Source of the DNA: Pseudolabrys sp.
Lineage (GTDB): Bacteria; Pseudomonadota; Alphaproteobacteria; Rhizobiales; Xanthobacteraceae
Length of the DNA: 64,000 nt
Assembly: GCA_026125895.1 (NCBI GenBank)
Contig: JAHCKG010000018.1
Coordinates: 8,231-72,230 of the forward strand
Direction: 5' to 3'
Position 1 is the first letter of the stretch, and the number at the start of each line of letters is the position of its first letter. Below, piece after piece: positions 1 through 8,693 of this stretch. Made by a program: the position numbers and the translations under genes. A model generated the notes under the pieces. That model saw only the letters and a program-made list of their open reading frames with translations. It was not told the origin of the DNA and searched no databases.

Positions 1-36
1 CTGCAGCGCGGCGCGTTTGAGATAGTTGCGAGCCAC
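1..36 (-). CDS. 5' end of a CDS running off the left edge (MARNYLKRAALQ...), product unknown
   Basis: GTG at 36 preceded on the minus strand by GGAGGA; frame open to the window edge; only 12 codons visible. Confidence 0.4.
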   Translation of the reverse strand, partial: MARNYLKRAALQ

Positions 37-137
37 GGCGTCCTCCCAGATGTTGCGATGCTTTTGATCTCGAGGCGACGCTAGGTGCCACACAGCAGCC
101 GGTCAAGATGGCCGAAAGACATTGCTGCAGCCACGCC

Positions 138-170
138 AAACGAAACATCCCGACGCGCGGGCCGGGATGC
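138..170 (-). terminator. Probable intrinsic terminator after the lipoprotein gene
   Basis: catcccg...cgggatg stem followed on the minus strand by TTTCGTTT, about 40 nt after the stop at 208. Confidence 0.45.
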
Positions 171-207
171 TTCTCAAGTCATACGGGTAAGGCAGCGACC
201 TGCGCGG

Positions 208-1275
208 CTATCCGCGTGGCGGCGATGAGGTCTGCGGCAATAGCTTCAGGATACCCTGCGCGGCGGCGCCGGCCGCAGCGTCGGCAGTACTTCCCCATGA
301 GCCGTCGAGCGAACCTTCAGGGATCTCGTTCTTCTGCGAGACCGTGCCGAGTGAACGGCCCTGCGGATCACGGACCAGCCAGTCGATCTGAATTGTCTGC
401 TTTCCGGCCTGTCCCGGCGCCAGCGCCACCTTGCCCTCGATGCGATACGAGGCGCCCGGCCGATTGGCCATCGTCACGCCCTGGCGCGAGAGCTCACGCT
501 GGAGAGCGCTCGAGAGTGCGCTGTTGCCATCCCCCGGCGCGCCATTGACGGTGGGCACGATCGCCGCAACATCGCCGGACGGTGGGAGGCTGGCCGTCGT
601 CGTGCGCGCAGCCGCCGGCTCAGGCGCTGGCACGGCCGGCGGCGCGACGGCCGCAACCGGCCGCTGGGCACCCGTCGTATCCGGTGCCTGGTTCGCGATC
701 GGCGGTGCACCGCTCCCCGCGGGACGGTTAGCCGCGACCCACGTTGCGAGCTGCGTTGCCGTCTTGTCCGCAATGCTCTGCGTAAGCGCACCCGTCACGG
801 CAGCCCAGGGGTCCTTGGCCGCACCGGCCGGCGCGTGCTCCTCGCCGGTCACGCGATGGACGCGCTTGCCGGTCGGATCGGTGAGATCCCAGATATAGGA
901 GACCTTGGTCTGCGAACGGTCCTTGGACGCGACGATGTAGCCACGCAGCGTGTAGTCGCCCTTCGCATCGCGGTCATTGATGAGCGAGATGCGCTGACGC
1001 TCGGCAGATTGCACGATCTGGTCGGCCATCTGCCGCGAGACGGCGTCCGGTGCGCCGATGACCGGCGCCAACGCGATGCGTGCGAGCGTCGCCTGCTGCG
1101 CGACGGGCTTCGCCGGTTCCGGCGTGGCCGTCTCCGGGCTTGATGTGAGGCTGCTGAAGAGCGACGAACCGCTCGATTCACAGCCGGCCAGTGCCAGAGC
1201 GGCAATGGTGATCGCGGCCGGCAACGCGAAGCGCGCCTGCCTCCGCAGTGTCCTCTCAGCGTCGGATTTGGTCAC
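208..1275 (-). CDS. Conserved alphaproteobacterial lipoprotein with two related domains and a Pro/Ala linker
   Basis: Lipobox LALAGC; YTLRGY...VSYIWD motif; lies next to pgeF as in many Rhizobiales. Confidence 0.75.
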   Translation of the reverse strand: MTKSDAERTLRRQARFALPAAITIAALALAGCESSGSSLFSSLTSSPETATPEPAKPVAQQATLARIALAPVIGAPDAVSRQMADQIVQSAERQRISLINDRDAKGDYTLRGYIVASKDRSQTKVSYIWDLTDPTGKRVHRVTGEEHAPAGAAKDPWAAVTGALTQSIADKTATQLATWVAANRPAGSGAPPIANQAPDTTGAQRPVAAVAPPAVPAPEPAAARTTTASLPPSGDVAAIVPTVNGAPGDGNSALSSALQRELSRQGVTMANRPGASYRIEGKVALAPGQAGKQTIQIDWLVRDPQGRSLGTVSQKNEIPEGSLDGSWGSTADAAAGAAAQGILKLLPQTSSPPRG

Positions 1276-1475
1276 AGTGACGCCCCCTTGAATGTGATCC
1301 CGCTGACACCCGGTGACCGTCTTACGGACTTGGCGGCCTCGAGGTTCACCCTCGACTCGGTACCCTTTTGCGAATCCTGTAGCTGCTGGCTTCCCGACCG
1401 TCCAGATGGCGGGCCCAGCTTTCCTGTTTCTGATTCATCACTTAGCCCCCAGTTGAGGGGGAAACTGTGGAAAAA

Positions 1476-2249
1476 CTAGAGCAGTACGATGGCGGATATT
1501 TGGCGTCCGTAATCCGGCTCGCGGCGATGCGTCGTGCGGCGATAGCTGAAAAAGCTCTCGGGGTGCGTGTACGTGCAGCGCGTTTGGCTCTCGACAACCC
1601 CAAGCCCCATGGCACCGAGGCGATGGAGAACAAACGCTGGAAGATCGAAATAGGGTCGTGCGTCCGCTGACGGTCTCTTGAAGAACCGTGCATTCTCCGG
1701 TGATCGCCCAATGAAATTCGCTTCGAACTCAGGGCCAACTTCATAGGCTGCGGGACCAATGCAGGGACCGAGCACCGCGTCGATGCGGGACCGGCGCGCG
1801 CCAAGTTGCTCCATAGTCGCGACAGCCGACTCGAGCACCCCGCCGAGCGCCCCCTTCCAACCTGCATGGGCGGCCGCGATGACGCCCGCTTCCGCATCGG
1901 CGAAGAGGACCGGCGCGCAATCGGCTGCAAGAGCGCCAACGGCAATACCCGGCGTCGCCGTCACCAGGGCATCGGCCTTAGGCATGGATGCGAAGGTCCA
2001 GGGCTCGCGGACCACGATCGCGTCCGTGCTGTGATGCTGATAGGCTGTGAGCAGACGATCCGGCGCAACACCGAGGTGTCCGGCGACGCGGCCGCGGTTC
2101 TCGCCGACCAGATCGCGCGCGTCCTTCGAGCCGAGCCCGCAGTTGAGCGCCGCATAAATCCCTTCCGACACGCCCCCTTGCCGGCCGAAGAAGCCATGTG
2201 CGATGCAGCCGCGCCGCTCGAGCGCGTCCGCTTGGATGGGCTGGAGCAT
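1476..2249 (-). CDS. pgeF: Peptidoglycan editing factor PgeF/YfiH (laccase-domain, purine nucleoside phosphorylase-like)
   Basis: HGFFGRQGGVS, ADALVT, ADCAPVLF, AAHAGWKG, GPCIG, FFSYRR motifs. Confidence 0.93.
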   Translation of the reverse strand: MLQPIQADALERRGCIAHGFFGRQGGVSEGIYAALNCGLGSKDARDLVGENRGRVAGHLGVAPDRLLTAYQHHSTDAIVVREPWTFASMPKADALVTATPGIAVGALAADCAPVLFADAEAGVIAAAHAGWKGALGGVLESAVATMEQLGARRSRIDAVLGPCIGPAAYEVGPEFEANFIGRSPENARFFKRPSADARPYFDLPAFVLHRLGAMGLGVVESQTRCTYTHPESFFSYRRTTHRREPDYGRQISAIVLL

Positions 2250-2288
2250 TATGGTCCCGTGATCAGTGATCCACCGCTCAATCGGATA

Positions 2289-2546
2289 TCAGTCCGCGAG
2301 CAGCGGGTCGAGCCTGCCGGCACGATCGAGGCCGTAAAGATCATCACAGCCGCCGACATGCGTGCTGCCGATGAAGATCTGCGGAACGGTCGGGCTGCCG
2401 CCGGCCTTCTCCCTGAGCTTCGTCCGCTCGGCCGGCTTGCCGGTGAGGTTGATCTCCTCGAACTCGATACCCTTGGAGGCAAGGAGATCGAGCGCGGCCT
2501 CGCAGTAGGGGCACCAGTCAATCGTATAGATGACCACCTTGGGCAA
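2289..2546 (-). CDS. grxC: Glutaredoxin 3
   Basis: CPYC active site, TVPQIFIG, GGCDDL; start moved to the TTG at 2546 (MPKVVIYT). Confidence 0.9.
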   Translation of the reverse strand: MPKVVIYTIDWCPYCEAALDLLASKGIEFEEINLTGKPAERTKLREKAGGSPTVPQIFIGSTHVGGCDDLYGLDRAGRLDPLLAD

Positions 2547-2678
2547 AAGCGGGGTGTCTTTCGCAGGATTCAGGCGCGTTGGACTAAGAACATAGTGCGC
2601 CATTGCACCGAGCAGGAGGGGCGCCGCGTGCCGTGCAGCATGACCGGGATGCAGGGCTCATCCCTTGAAATTCCTATG

Positions 2679-3491
2679 TTAAAGATCGACGCGGCGTGGA
2701 TCGGCGACGATGGCCGCCGCCAGCACGTCGATGTGCGCGGCACCGGCGGCCCTGAGCGCGCGTGCACACGCCCCGACGGTGGCGCCCGTCGTGATCACAT
2801 CGTCGACGATAACAACATGGCGTCCTGCCACACGATCCCGCGCGGACCGACGCACGGCGAAGGCCCCTGCCACGTTCGCCGCCCGCTGCGCCGCACTCGA
2901 GCCGACCTGCGTCGGCGTGCTCTTCGTCTTCGCGACGATGAAGGGATCAAAGGGGACGCCGCTCAGCCGCGAGATTTCCCGTGCCAGCAGCGCAGCTTGG
3001 TTGAACTGACGGCGCATGAGCCGCCAGCGCGTCATGGGCACCGGGACAATGACATCCGCGTCCGCAAGAAGCTCGCGCCCCGCACCCGCCATCCAGCGCG
3101 CGAGCAGCCGCCGCGCCTCGTGCCGGTCGGCATACTTGAAGCCGTGAATGATCTCGCGGATGACACCGTCAAAGACGGCCGCGGCACGGGCCCGGTCATA
3201 GGGCGGCGGGTCGGCCGCTGCCGCGGCTGAAATCTGAAGGCCCTCGCCGCCGAACGGCAAGGGCAGGCCAAGCCGATGGCAGAGCGGCGGCGTGATGAAC
3301 GCCACCTGCTGCCAGCAACCCGCGCAGAGCGCATCATGAGTCGACGTGCGGTTGTGACAAGCGAGGCAGAGCGACGGCGCCAGCACATTGCCGGCAGCAC
3401 CGAATGCCGCGCCGAGGGGCGCACGCATCCTTGCGAGCCAACCCGCGCTCTGGACGACCTCTACCAAGTCCGCATCGTGCTTGTCCGTCAT
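2679..3491 (-). CDS. comF: ComF family protein (double zinc ribbon plus phosphoribosyltransferase domain)
   Basis: CxxC...CxxCW, FNQAALLA, VDDVITTGAT; start uncertain. Confidence 0.88.
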   Translation of the reverse strand: MTDKHDADLVEVVQSAGWLARMRAPLGAAFGAAGNVLAPSLCLACHNRTSTHDALCAGCWQQVAFITPPLCHRLGLPLPFGGEGLQISAAAAADPPPYDRARAAAVFDGVIREIIHGFKYADRHEARRLLARWMAGAGRELLADADVIVPVPMTRWRLMRRQFNQAALLAREISRLSGVPFDPFIVAKTKSTPTQVGSSAAQRAANVAGAFAVRRSARDRVAGRHVVIVDDVITTGATVGACARALRAAGAAHIDVLAAAIVADPRRVDL

Positions 3492-3640
3492 GCTTGCCCC
3501 GTTTTCGCCTGACAATTCCATGATAGCCCGAAGGGCCGGAAACTGTGTAACAGATCGCGGCATTGGGCTTGGCGGCCTTGCCAAACGCACACTTGGGGAA
3601 GATGTTGCGCCGCTTTGCCCATCAATGTCAGGGGGTGGAC

Positions 3641-4504
3641 GTGACACTGACCAATACTGACCCCGGCGTCGCTCCGTGGCGCGCCCGGCTGCGTGCGCTC
3701 GTCGAAGCTAACTGGTTCCAGAGCTTCATCATCGTGGTCATCGCGATCAATGCGATCGGCCTTGGTCTCGAGACGTTTCCGAGCGTCAACACACAGATCG
3801 GCCCCTTCCTCGGGCTCATCGATACCGTAGCGCTGATCATCTTCGTCCTGGAGATCTCGCTGAAGCTGCTCGCCTATCGGCTAGGCTATTTTCGCGATCC
3901 CTGGAACGTCTTCGATTTCGTGATCGTCGCCATCGCCGTGCTGCCGATGAGCGGCGGGCTTTCGGTGATGCGCGCGTTGCGCATCCTGCGCGCCGTGCGC
4001 ATCATCTCGGTGGTCCCGAGGATGCGCCGCGTGGTCGAAGGGCTGCTGAATGCTATCCCGTCATTGGGCGCCGTCATCGCCCTGCTGGCCATCGTCTTCT
4101 ACATCTGCGCCGTGATGGCGACCAAGCTCTTCGGCAGCGAGTTCGACGCACTGTTCGGCTCCCTCCCGAAGTCGCTCTTCACGCTCTTCCAGCTCATGAC
4201 TCTCGAGGACTGGCCTGGCGGCATCGTACGGCCGATCATGGAGGTCTACCCGTACGCTTGGCTCTTCTTCATTCCGTTCATTCTGACGGTGACGTTCGCG
4301 GTGCTGAATCTGTTCATCGCGATCATCGTCAACTCTATGGAGGAGGCTGCCAAAGACGACACGGAGATGCTGCACAAGGACGCCGAGACGCTCCACGCCG
4401 AGGCTCAGCAGCAAACGCATCAGCACGAAACGCTGGTGCAGGAGATTCGCTCGCTGAGAGAGGAGATCGCGGCCCTCAGGGGTCTCGTAAAGCCCGGCGA
4501 CTAG
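3641..4504 (+). CDS. Bacterial voltage-gated Na+/Ca2+ channel (BacNav, Ion_trans family)
   Basis: WNVFDF, S4 RALRILRAVR, pore FQLMTLEDWPGGIVRP, S6 LNLFIAIIV, C-terminal coiled coil; GTG start chosen at 3641. Confidence 0.9.
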   Translation: MTLTNTDPGVAPWRARLRALVEANWFQSFIIVVIAINAIGLGLETFPSVNTQIGPFLGLIDTVALIIFVLEISLKLLAYRLGYFRDPWNVFDFVIVAIAVLPMSGGLSVMRALRILRAVRIISVVPRMRRVVEGLLNAIPSLGAVIALLAIVFYICAVMATKLFGSEFDALFGSLPKSLFTLFQLMTLEDWPGGIVRPIMEVYPYAWLFFIPFILTVTFAVLNLFIAIIVNSMEEAAKDDTEMLHKDAETLHAEAQQQTHQHETLVQEIRSLREEIAALRGLVKPGD

Positions 4505-4586
4505 GGTCGCGCCGGGCAGCCTTGCCATTGCGCGGCAAGGCCTTAGAGTGATCGTGTTGGCGTGACCCGTAGAGCGAGCCCGAGCG

Positions 4587-5768
4587 ATGCAGATCCCCGA
4601 GAAGATCAAAGCCTATCACAGCGACCTCACTGCCTGGCGGCGCGAGCTGCACGCCCATCCCGAGCTCGGGTTCGACGAGCACCGCACGAGTGACTTCGTC
4701 GCGAAGAAGCTCGGCGAGTTCGGCGTGACGGTACACCGCCATGTCGGCAAGACAGGCGTCGTAGGCGTACTGCAGACAGGTAACGGGCCGACAATCGGGC
4801 TGCGTTGCGACATGGACGCGCTGCCGATCGACGAGATCGTCGAGGTCCCCTACAAGTCCACGAAGCCCGGCGTGATGCACGCCTGTGGCCACGACGGCCA
4901 TACGACCATGCTGCTCGGCGCGGCGCGCTACCTCGCCGAGACGAAGAACTTCGATGGCACGGTCTACTTCATCTTCCAGCCGGCCGAGGAAGGCATCGGC
5001 GGCGCGCTCGCCATGCTCGAAGACAAGCTGTTCGAGCGCTTCCCCTGCGACAGCGTGTTCGGCATGCACAACAACCCGGGGCTGCCGGTCGGCAAGTTCT
5101 CGATCCGGCCCGGGGCGATGATGGCGGGCGGCGCCTTCTTCGACATCCACATCACGGGGCGCGGCTCGCATGGCGCGCGACCGGAGGAGTCGGTCGATCC
5201 CGTGCTGGTCGCGAGCCACATCGTGACGGCCATGCAGGCCATTGTCGCGCGCAATATCACGCCGATCGCGACGGCGGTCGTGAGCTGCACCGCAATCCAC
5301 TCCGGCGACGCCTACAATGTCATCCCGCAGACGGCGACGATCCGCGGCACCGTGCGCACGTTCAGCCACGACATCATGGCGCAGGTGGAAGCAGCTATGA
5401 AGCGTACAGCCGAGAACACCGCTGCGGCCTTCGGCGCAACGGCGGAGGTGGACTTCCGCGTACTGTTCGCTCCCCTCGTCAACGACGAGAAGGAGACGAC
5501 GTTCATGGCCGACCGCGCCGCCGACCTAGTCGGCGAGGCGGATGTCGAGCGCAATCGCAGCCTCGTCATGGCGTCCGAGGACTTCTCCTTCATGCTGGAG
5601 AAGTGCCGGGGCGCCTACATCAACATCGGCAACGGCGCGCCCGGCACGCCGACGAGCGTGCCCGTGCACAACCCCGCCTACCAGTTCAACGACGAGATCC
5701 TCCCGCTCGGCTCGGCGCTTTACGCCCGCCTCGTCGAAGCCAAGCTCGGCCGCGTCGGCGCCGGCTGA
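4587..5768 (+). CDS. M20D amidohydrolase (hippurate hydrolase-like)
   Basis: RRELHAHPELGF, DMDALP, MHACGHDGH, FQPAEEG, SEDFSF, HNP. Confidence 0.92.
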   Translation: MQIPEKIKAYHSDLTAWRRELHAHPELGFDEHRTSDFVAKKLGEFGVTVHRHVGKTGVVGVLQTGNGPTIGLRCDMDALPIDEIVEVPYKSTKPGVMHACGHDGHTTMLLGAARYLAETKNFDGTVYFIFQPAEEGIGGALAMLEDKLFERFPCDSVFGMHNNPGLPVGKFSIRPGAMMAGGAFFDIHITGRGSHGARPEESVDPVLVASHIVTAMQAIVARNITPIATAVVSCTAIHSGDAYNVIPQTATIRGTVRTFSHDIMAQVEAAMKRTAENTAAAFGATAEVDFRVLFAPLVNDEKETTFMADRAADLVGEADVERNRSLVMASEDFSFMLEKCRGAYINIGNGAPGTPTSVPVHNPAYQFNDEILPLGSALYARLVEAKLGRVGAG

Positions 5769-5807
5769 GCACGCACACATTCAAGAAACGAGATCGGAAA
5801 CGCTCAC

Positions 5808-6743
5808 ATGGCCAAAGCCCGCAAAGTCATCATCACCTGCGCCGTTACGGGCGGCATCCACACGCCCTCGATGTCGCCGCACCTGCCGGTCACCGCGCAG
5901 GAAATCGCCGACGCGGCCATCGGTGCGGCCGAAGCGGGCGCCGCCGTGGTGCACCTTCATGCGCGCAATCCGCAGGACGGCCGCCCGGATCAGTCGCCCG
6001 AACTGTTTTCGCCGTTCCTCAAGGTGATCAAGCAGCGCTCGGACGTCGTTCTGAACCTGACCACCGGCGGCGCGCCGACCATGACCGTCGAAGAGCGCCT
6101 GCGCCCGGCGGCGACGTTCAAGCCGGAAGTCGCCTCGCTCAACATGGGCACCATGAACTTCGGCCTCTATCCGATGATCGAGCGGTTCAAGGGCAAGTTC
6201 AAGTACGACTGGGAAGAGCCCTATCTCGAAGGCACCCGCAAGGGGATGTTCAAGAACACGCTCGCCGACATCGAGATGATCCTCACGACCTGTTCGGAGA
6301 ACAACACCCGCTTCGAGGTCGAGTGCTACGACATCAGCCATCTTTACACACTGAAGCACTTCCTCGACCGTGGCGTCATCAAGGCGCCGCTGTTCATCCA
6401 GTCGGTGTTCGGCATTCTCGGCGGCATCGGCACGCATCCTGAAGACGTCATGATGATGAAGCGCACGGCGGACCGTCTGTTCGGCGATCAGTATCACTGG
6501 TCGGTGCTGGGAGCCGGCGCGGCGCAGATGCGCATTGCCGCGATGGCTGCGTCGATGGGCGGCAACGTCCGCGTCGGTCTTGAAGACTCGCTATGGATCG
6601 GTCCCGGCAAGCTCGCCGAGTCGAATGCGCAGCAGGTCAAGAAGGTTCGCCAGATCCTCGAGGGCCTCGGCCTCGATATCGCGACGCCGGACGAGGCGCG
6701 CGAGATCCTGTCGTTAAAGGGCGGCGACAAAGTCGCTTTCTGA
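5808..6743 (+). CDS. Beta-keto acid cleavage enzyme (BKACE/DUF849, 3-keto-5-aminohexanoate cleavage family)
   Basis: IITCAVTG, AGAAVVHLHAR, SLNMGTMNF, NVRVGLED. Confidence 0.92.
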   Translation: MAKARKVIITCAVTGGIHTPSMSPHLPVTAQEIADAAIGAAEAGAAVVHLHARNPQDGRPDQSPELFSPFLKVIKQRSDVVLNLTTGGAPTMTVEERLRPAATFKPEVASLNMGTMNFGLYPMIERFKGKFKYDWEEPYLEGTRKGMFKNTLADIEMILTTCSENNTRFEVECYDISHLYTLKHFLDRGVIKAPLFIQSVFGILGGIGTHPEDVMMMKRTADRLFGDQYHWSVLGAGAAQMRIAAMAASMGGNVRVGLEDSLWIGPGKLAESNAQQVKKVRQILEGLGLDIATPDEAREILSLKGGDKVAF

Positions 6744-7285
6744 TGCGGGAGCGCCGGCAGACAGCCGCGATGAAGCCGGTCGCCTTGGCCGACCGGCTGT
6801 CGCGGTCGATGATGGTCATGGCCGCGGCCCTGACCTTCGTGCTGGCGATCGTGATCCTCGCCGACACGGTGAGCCGGCAATTCAGCCGTCATCCGCTCGG
6901 CGGCGCCGGCGACATCTTGGGGCATGCGGTCGTCATGATCGTGTTCCTCCAGGCCGGCTATGCCGTGCGTTGCCGGTCCATGGCGCGGGCCGATGTCCTG
7001 CTCGGCCTGATGCCGTGGCCGACCCGCCGTGTCGTTCTCGCGGCGGGCTACGCACTCGGCGCGCTGCTGTTCGCCGGCCTGTTCATCGCCAATCTCGAGC
7101 CGGCCGTGACCGCCTTTCTGCGCGGCAGCGGGCCCGGTTTCCCGGCCTGGCCGGCGCGCTTCGTCATCCTGGCCGGGGCGGCGATGGCGGCGGTCAACTA
7201 CTTGGTCCTCGGGTTCCTCGATCTGACCGGTCCGGAGCCGACGCTGGAAGGCGAACTGGAGGACCTCGGCCAACTGGAGCCCTGA
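6743..7285 (+). CDS. TRAP transporter small permease (DctQ-like)
   Basis: About four TM segments, VMIVFLQ and FPAWPARF motifs; ATG overlaps the upstream stop (TGATG); followed by DctM. Confidence 0.7.
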   Translation: MRERRQTAAMKPVALADRLSRSMMVMAAALTFVLAIVILADTVSRQFSRHPLGGAGDILGHAVVMIVFLQAGYAVRCRSMARADVLLGLMPWPTRRVVLAAGYALGALLFAGLFIANLEPAVTAFLRGSGPGFPAWPARFVILAGAAMAAVNYLVLGFLDLTGPEPTLEGELEDLGQLEP

Positions 7286-7310
7286 CCGGCCGACATGCTA
7301 AGGCGGGCCG

Positions 7311-8603
7311 GTGATTGGATCGGGCGCTGCATGGTTGTTGATTGCCGGGCTGGTCGTCCTGGTCGCCCTCGGCGCCCAGGTCGCGGTGGCCTTGGGTGTC
7401 GTTGCGGTCCTCGGCCTCTGGTGGGGCACGGGCGACTGGCAGGCTGTCGCCCACCTCCTCGCCGCCACCGCCTATGACGGCCTGCGCCAGCCGGCCTATC
7501 TCGTCATTCCATTATTGATGCTGATGGGCGAATTCATTGCGCGATCGAACGCCGTGAGCGATGTCTCTCGCGTTCTGCACCGCCAGCTCCGCAGTTGGCC
7601 CGGCGGTGCGGCGCTGGCCGCCGCGATCGGGCAGGGGCTCTACAGTTTCGTTGCCGGTGCCAGCGCCTCCAGTGCTGCCGGCTTCACCCGCGAGACCTAC
7701 CCGGCGCTCAAGCGCGATGGCTATGACGGCGCCACGGCGCTCGGCCTGCTGGCGAGTGCGGCCGCGTTCGGTGCGCTCATCCCGCCGAGTGTGCTGCTCA
7801 CGGTCTGGGGCCTGCTCGCCCATCAGCCGCTCGCGCCGCTCTTCCTCGCCGCCGTCGTGCCGACCATCCTGGCCGCGATTCTGTTTGCGGGCGCCGTGCT
7901 GTCGATGGCGGTCAAACCGGCCGCGGCCGCCGACGCACAAGAAGAGCCACTGCCGCCGCACGCGGTCGAGAGCGCCATGGGCATCGCCGTGGTGCTCATC
8001 GTCCTGCTCGGCGGCATCGGCACGCGGCTGTTGACGCCGCTGGAAGCCGCCAGCGTCGGGGCCGTGATCGGTCTCGTCATGGCGGTGCGCAAGGGCATGC
8101 GGCTGTCCGCCATCGTTGAGGCCATTCTGGTCGTCGGCCGCGTGTCGGCGCCGATCCTGCTGCTCATTTTCACGGCACAGATCTACGCGCAGGCGCTCGG
8201 CCTGACCGGCGCCGGCATCGCGATCCAGACTGCGCTGTCCGGCTTCGGTCTCGGACTCGGCCTCGCCACCATGGTGGCAATCTGGCTGATCCTGTCGGTG
8301 GTTCTCGATCAGATATCGATCATGGCGCTGACGGTGGTCCTGTTCGCCCCGGCTGCGGCCCGGATGGGCATCGATCCCTTGGCCTTTGCCGTCATCGGGG
8401 TCATCACCCTCGAGGCCGCGCAGTTGCTGCCGCCATTTGGCCTCCTCGTGTTCACCGCCAGGGCGGCGGTGGAGGATACCGGCGTCGCCGTTCCGGACAT
8501 CTTCCGGCACGCTCTGCCATTCCTTGCCATCATGCTTGTGCTTGTTCTCATTCTGATGACTTTCCCGCAAATAGCCCTGTGGCTCCCGCGGCTGGCCCTA
8601 TAA
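7311..8603 (+). CDS. TRAP transporter large permease (DctM-like, divergent)
   Basis: IPLLMLMGE, GALIPPS, TPLEAASVG, PPFGLLVF, FPQIALWLP. Confidence 0.85.
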   Translation: MIGSGAAWLLIAGLVVLVALGAQVAVALGVVAVLGLWWGTGDWQAVAHLLAATAYDGLRQPAYLVIPLLMLMGEFIARSNAVSDVSRVLHRQLRSWPGGAALAAAIGQGLYSFVAGASASSAAGFTRETYPALKRDGYDGATALGLLASAAAFGALIPPSVLLTVWGLLAHQPLAPLFLAAVVPTILAAILFAGAVLSMAVKPAAAADAQEEPLPPHAVESAMGIAVVLIVLLGGIGTRLLTPLEAASVGAVIGLVMAVRKGMRLSAIVEAILVVGRVSAPILLLIFTAQIYAQALGLTGAGIAIQTALSGFGLGLGLATMVAIWLILSVVLDQISIMALTVVLFAPAAARMGIDPLAFAVIGVITLEAAQLLPPFGLLVFTARAAVEDTGVAVPDIFRHALPFLAIMLVLVLILMTFPQIALWLPRLAL

Positions 8604-8693
8604 GCGGCGCTTTGCAGCGACATAGTGCGCCTGGGGTTGACGAACGCGTCGCTGCGCGCTTCGTAAAAATCCCAGCCCGGAGCCCGCTTGCCG

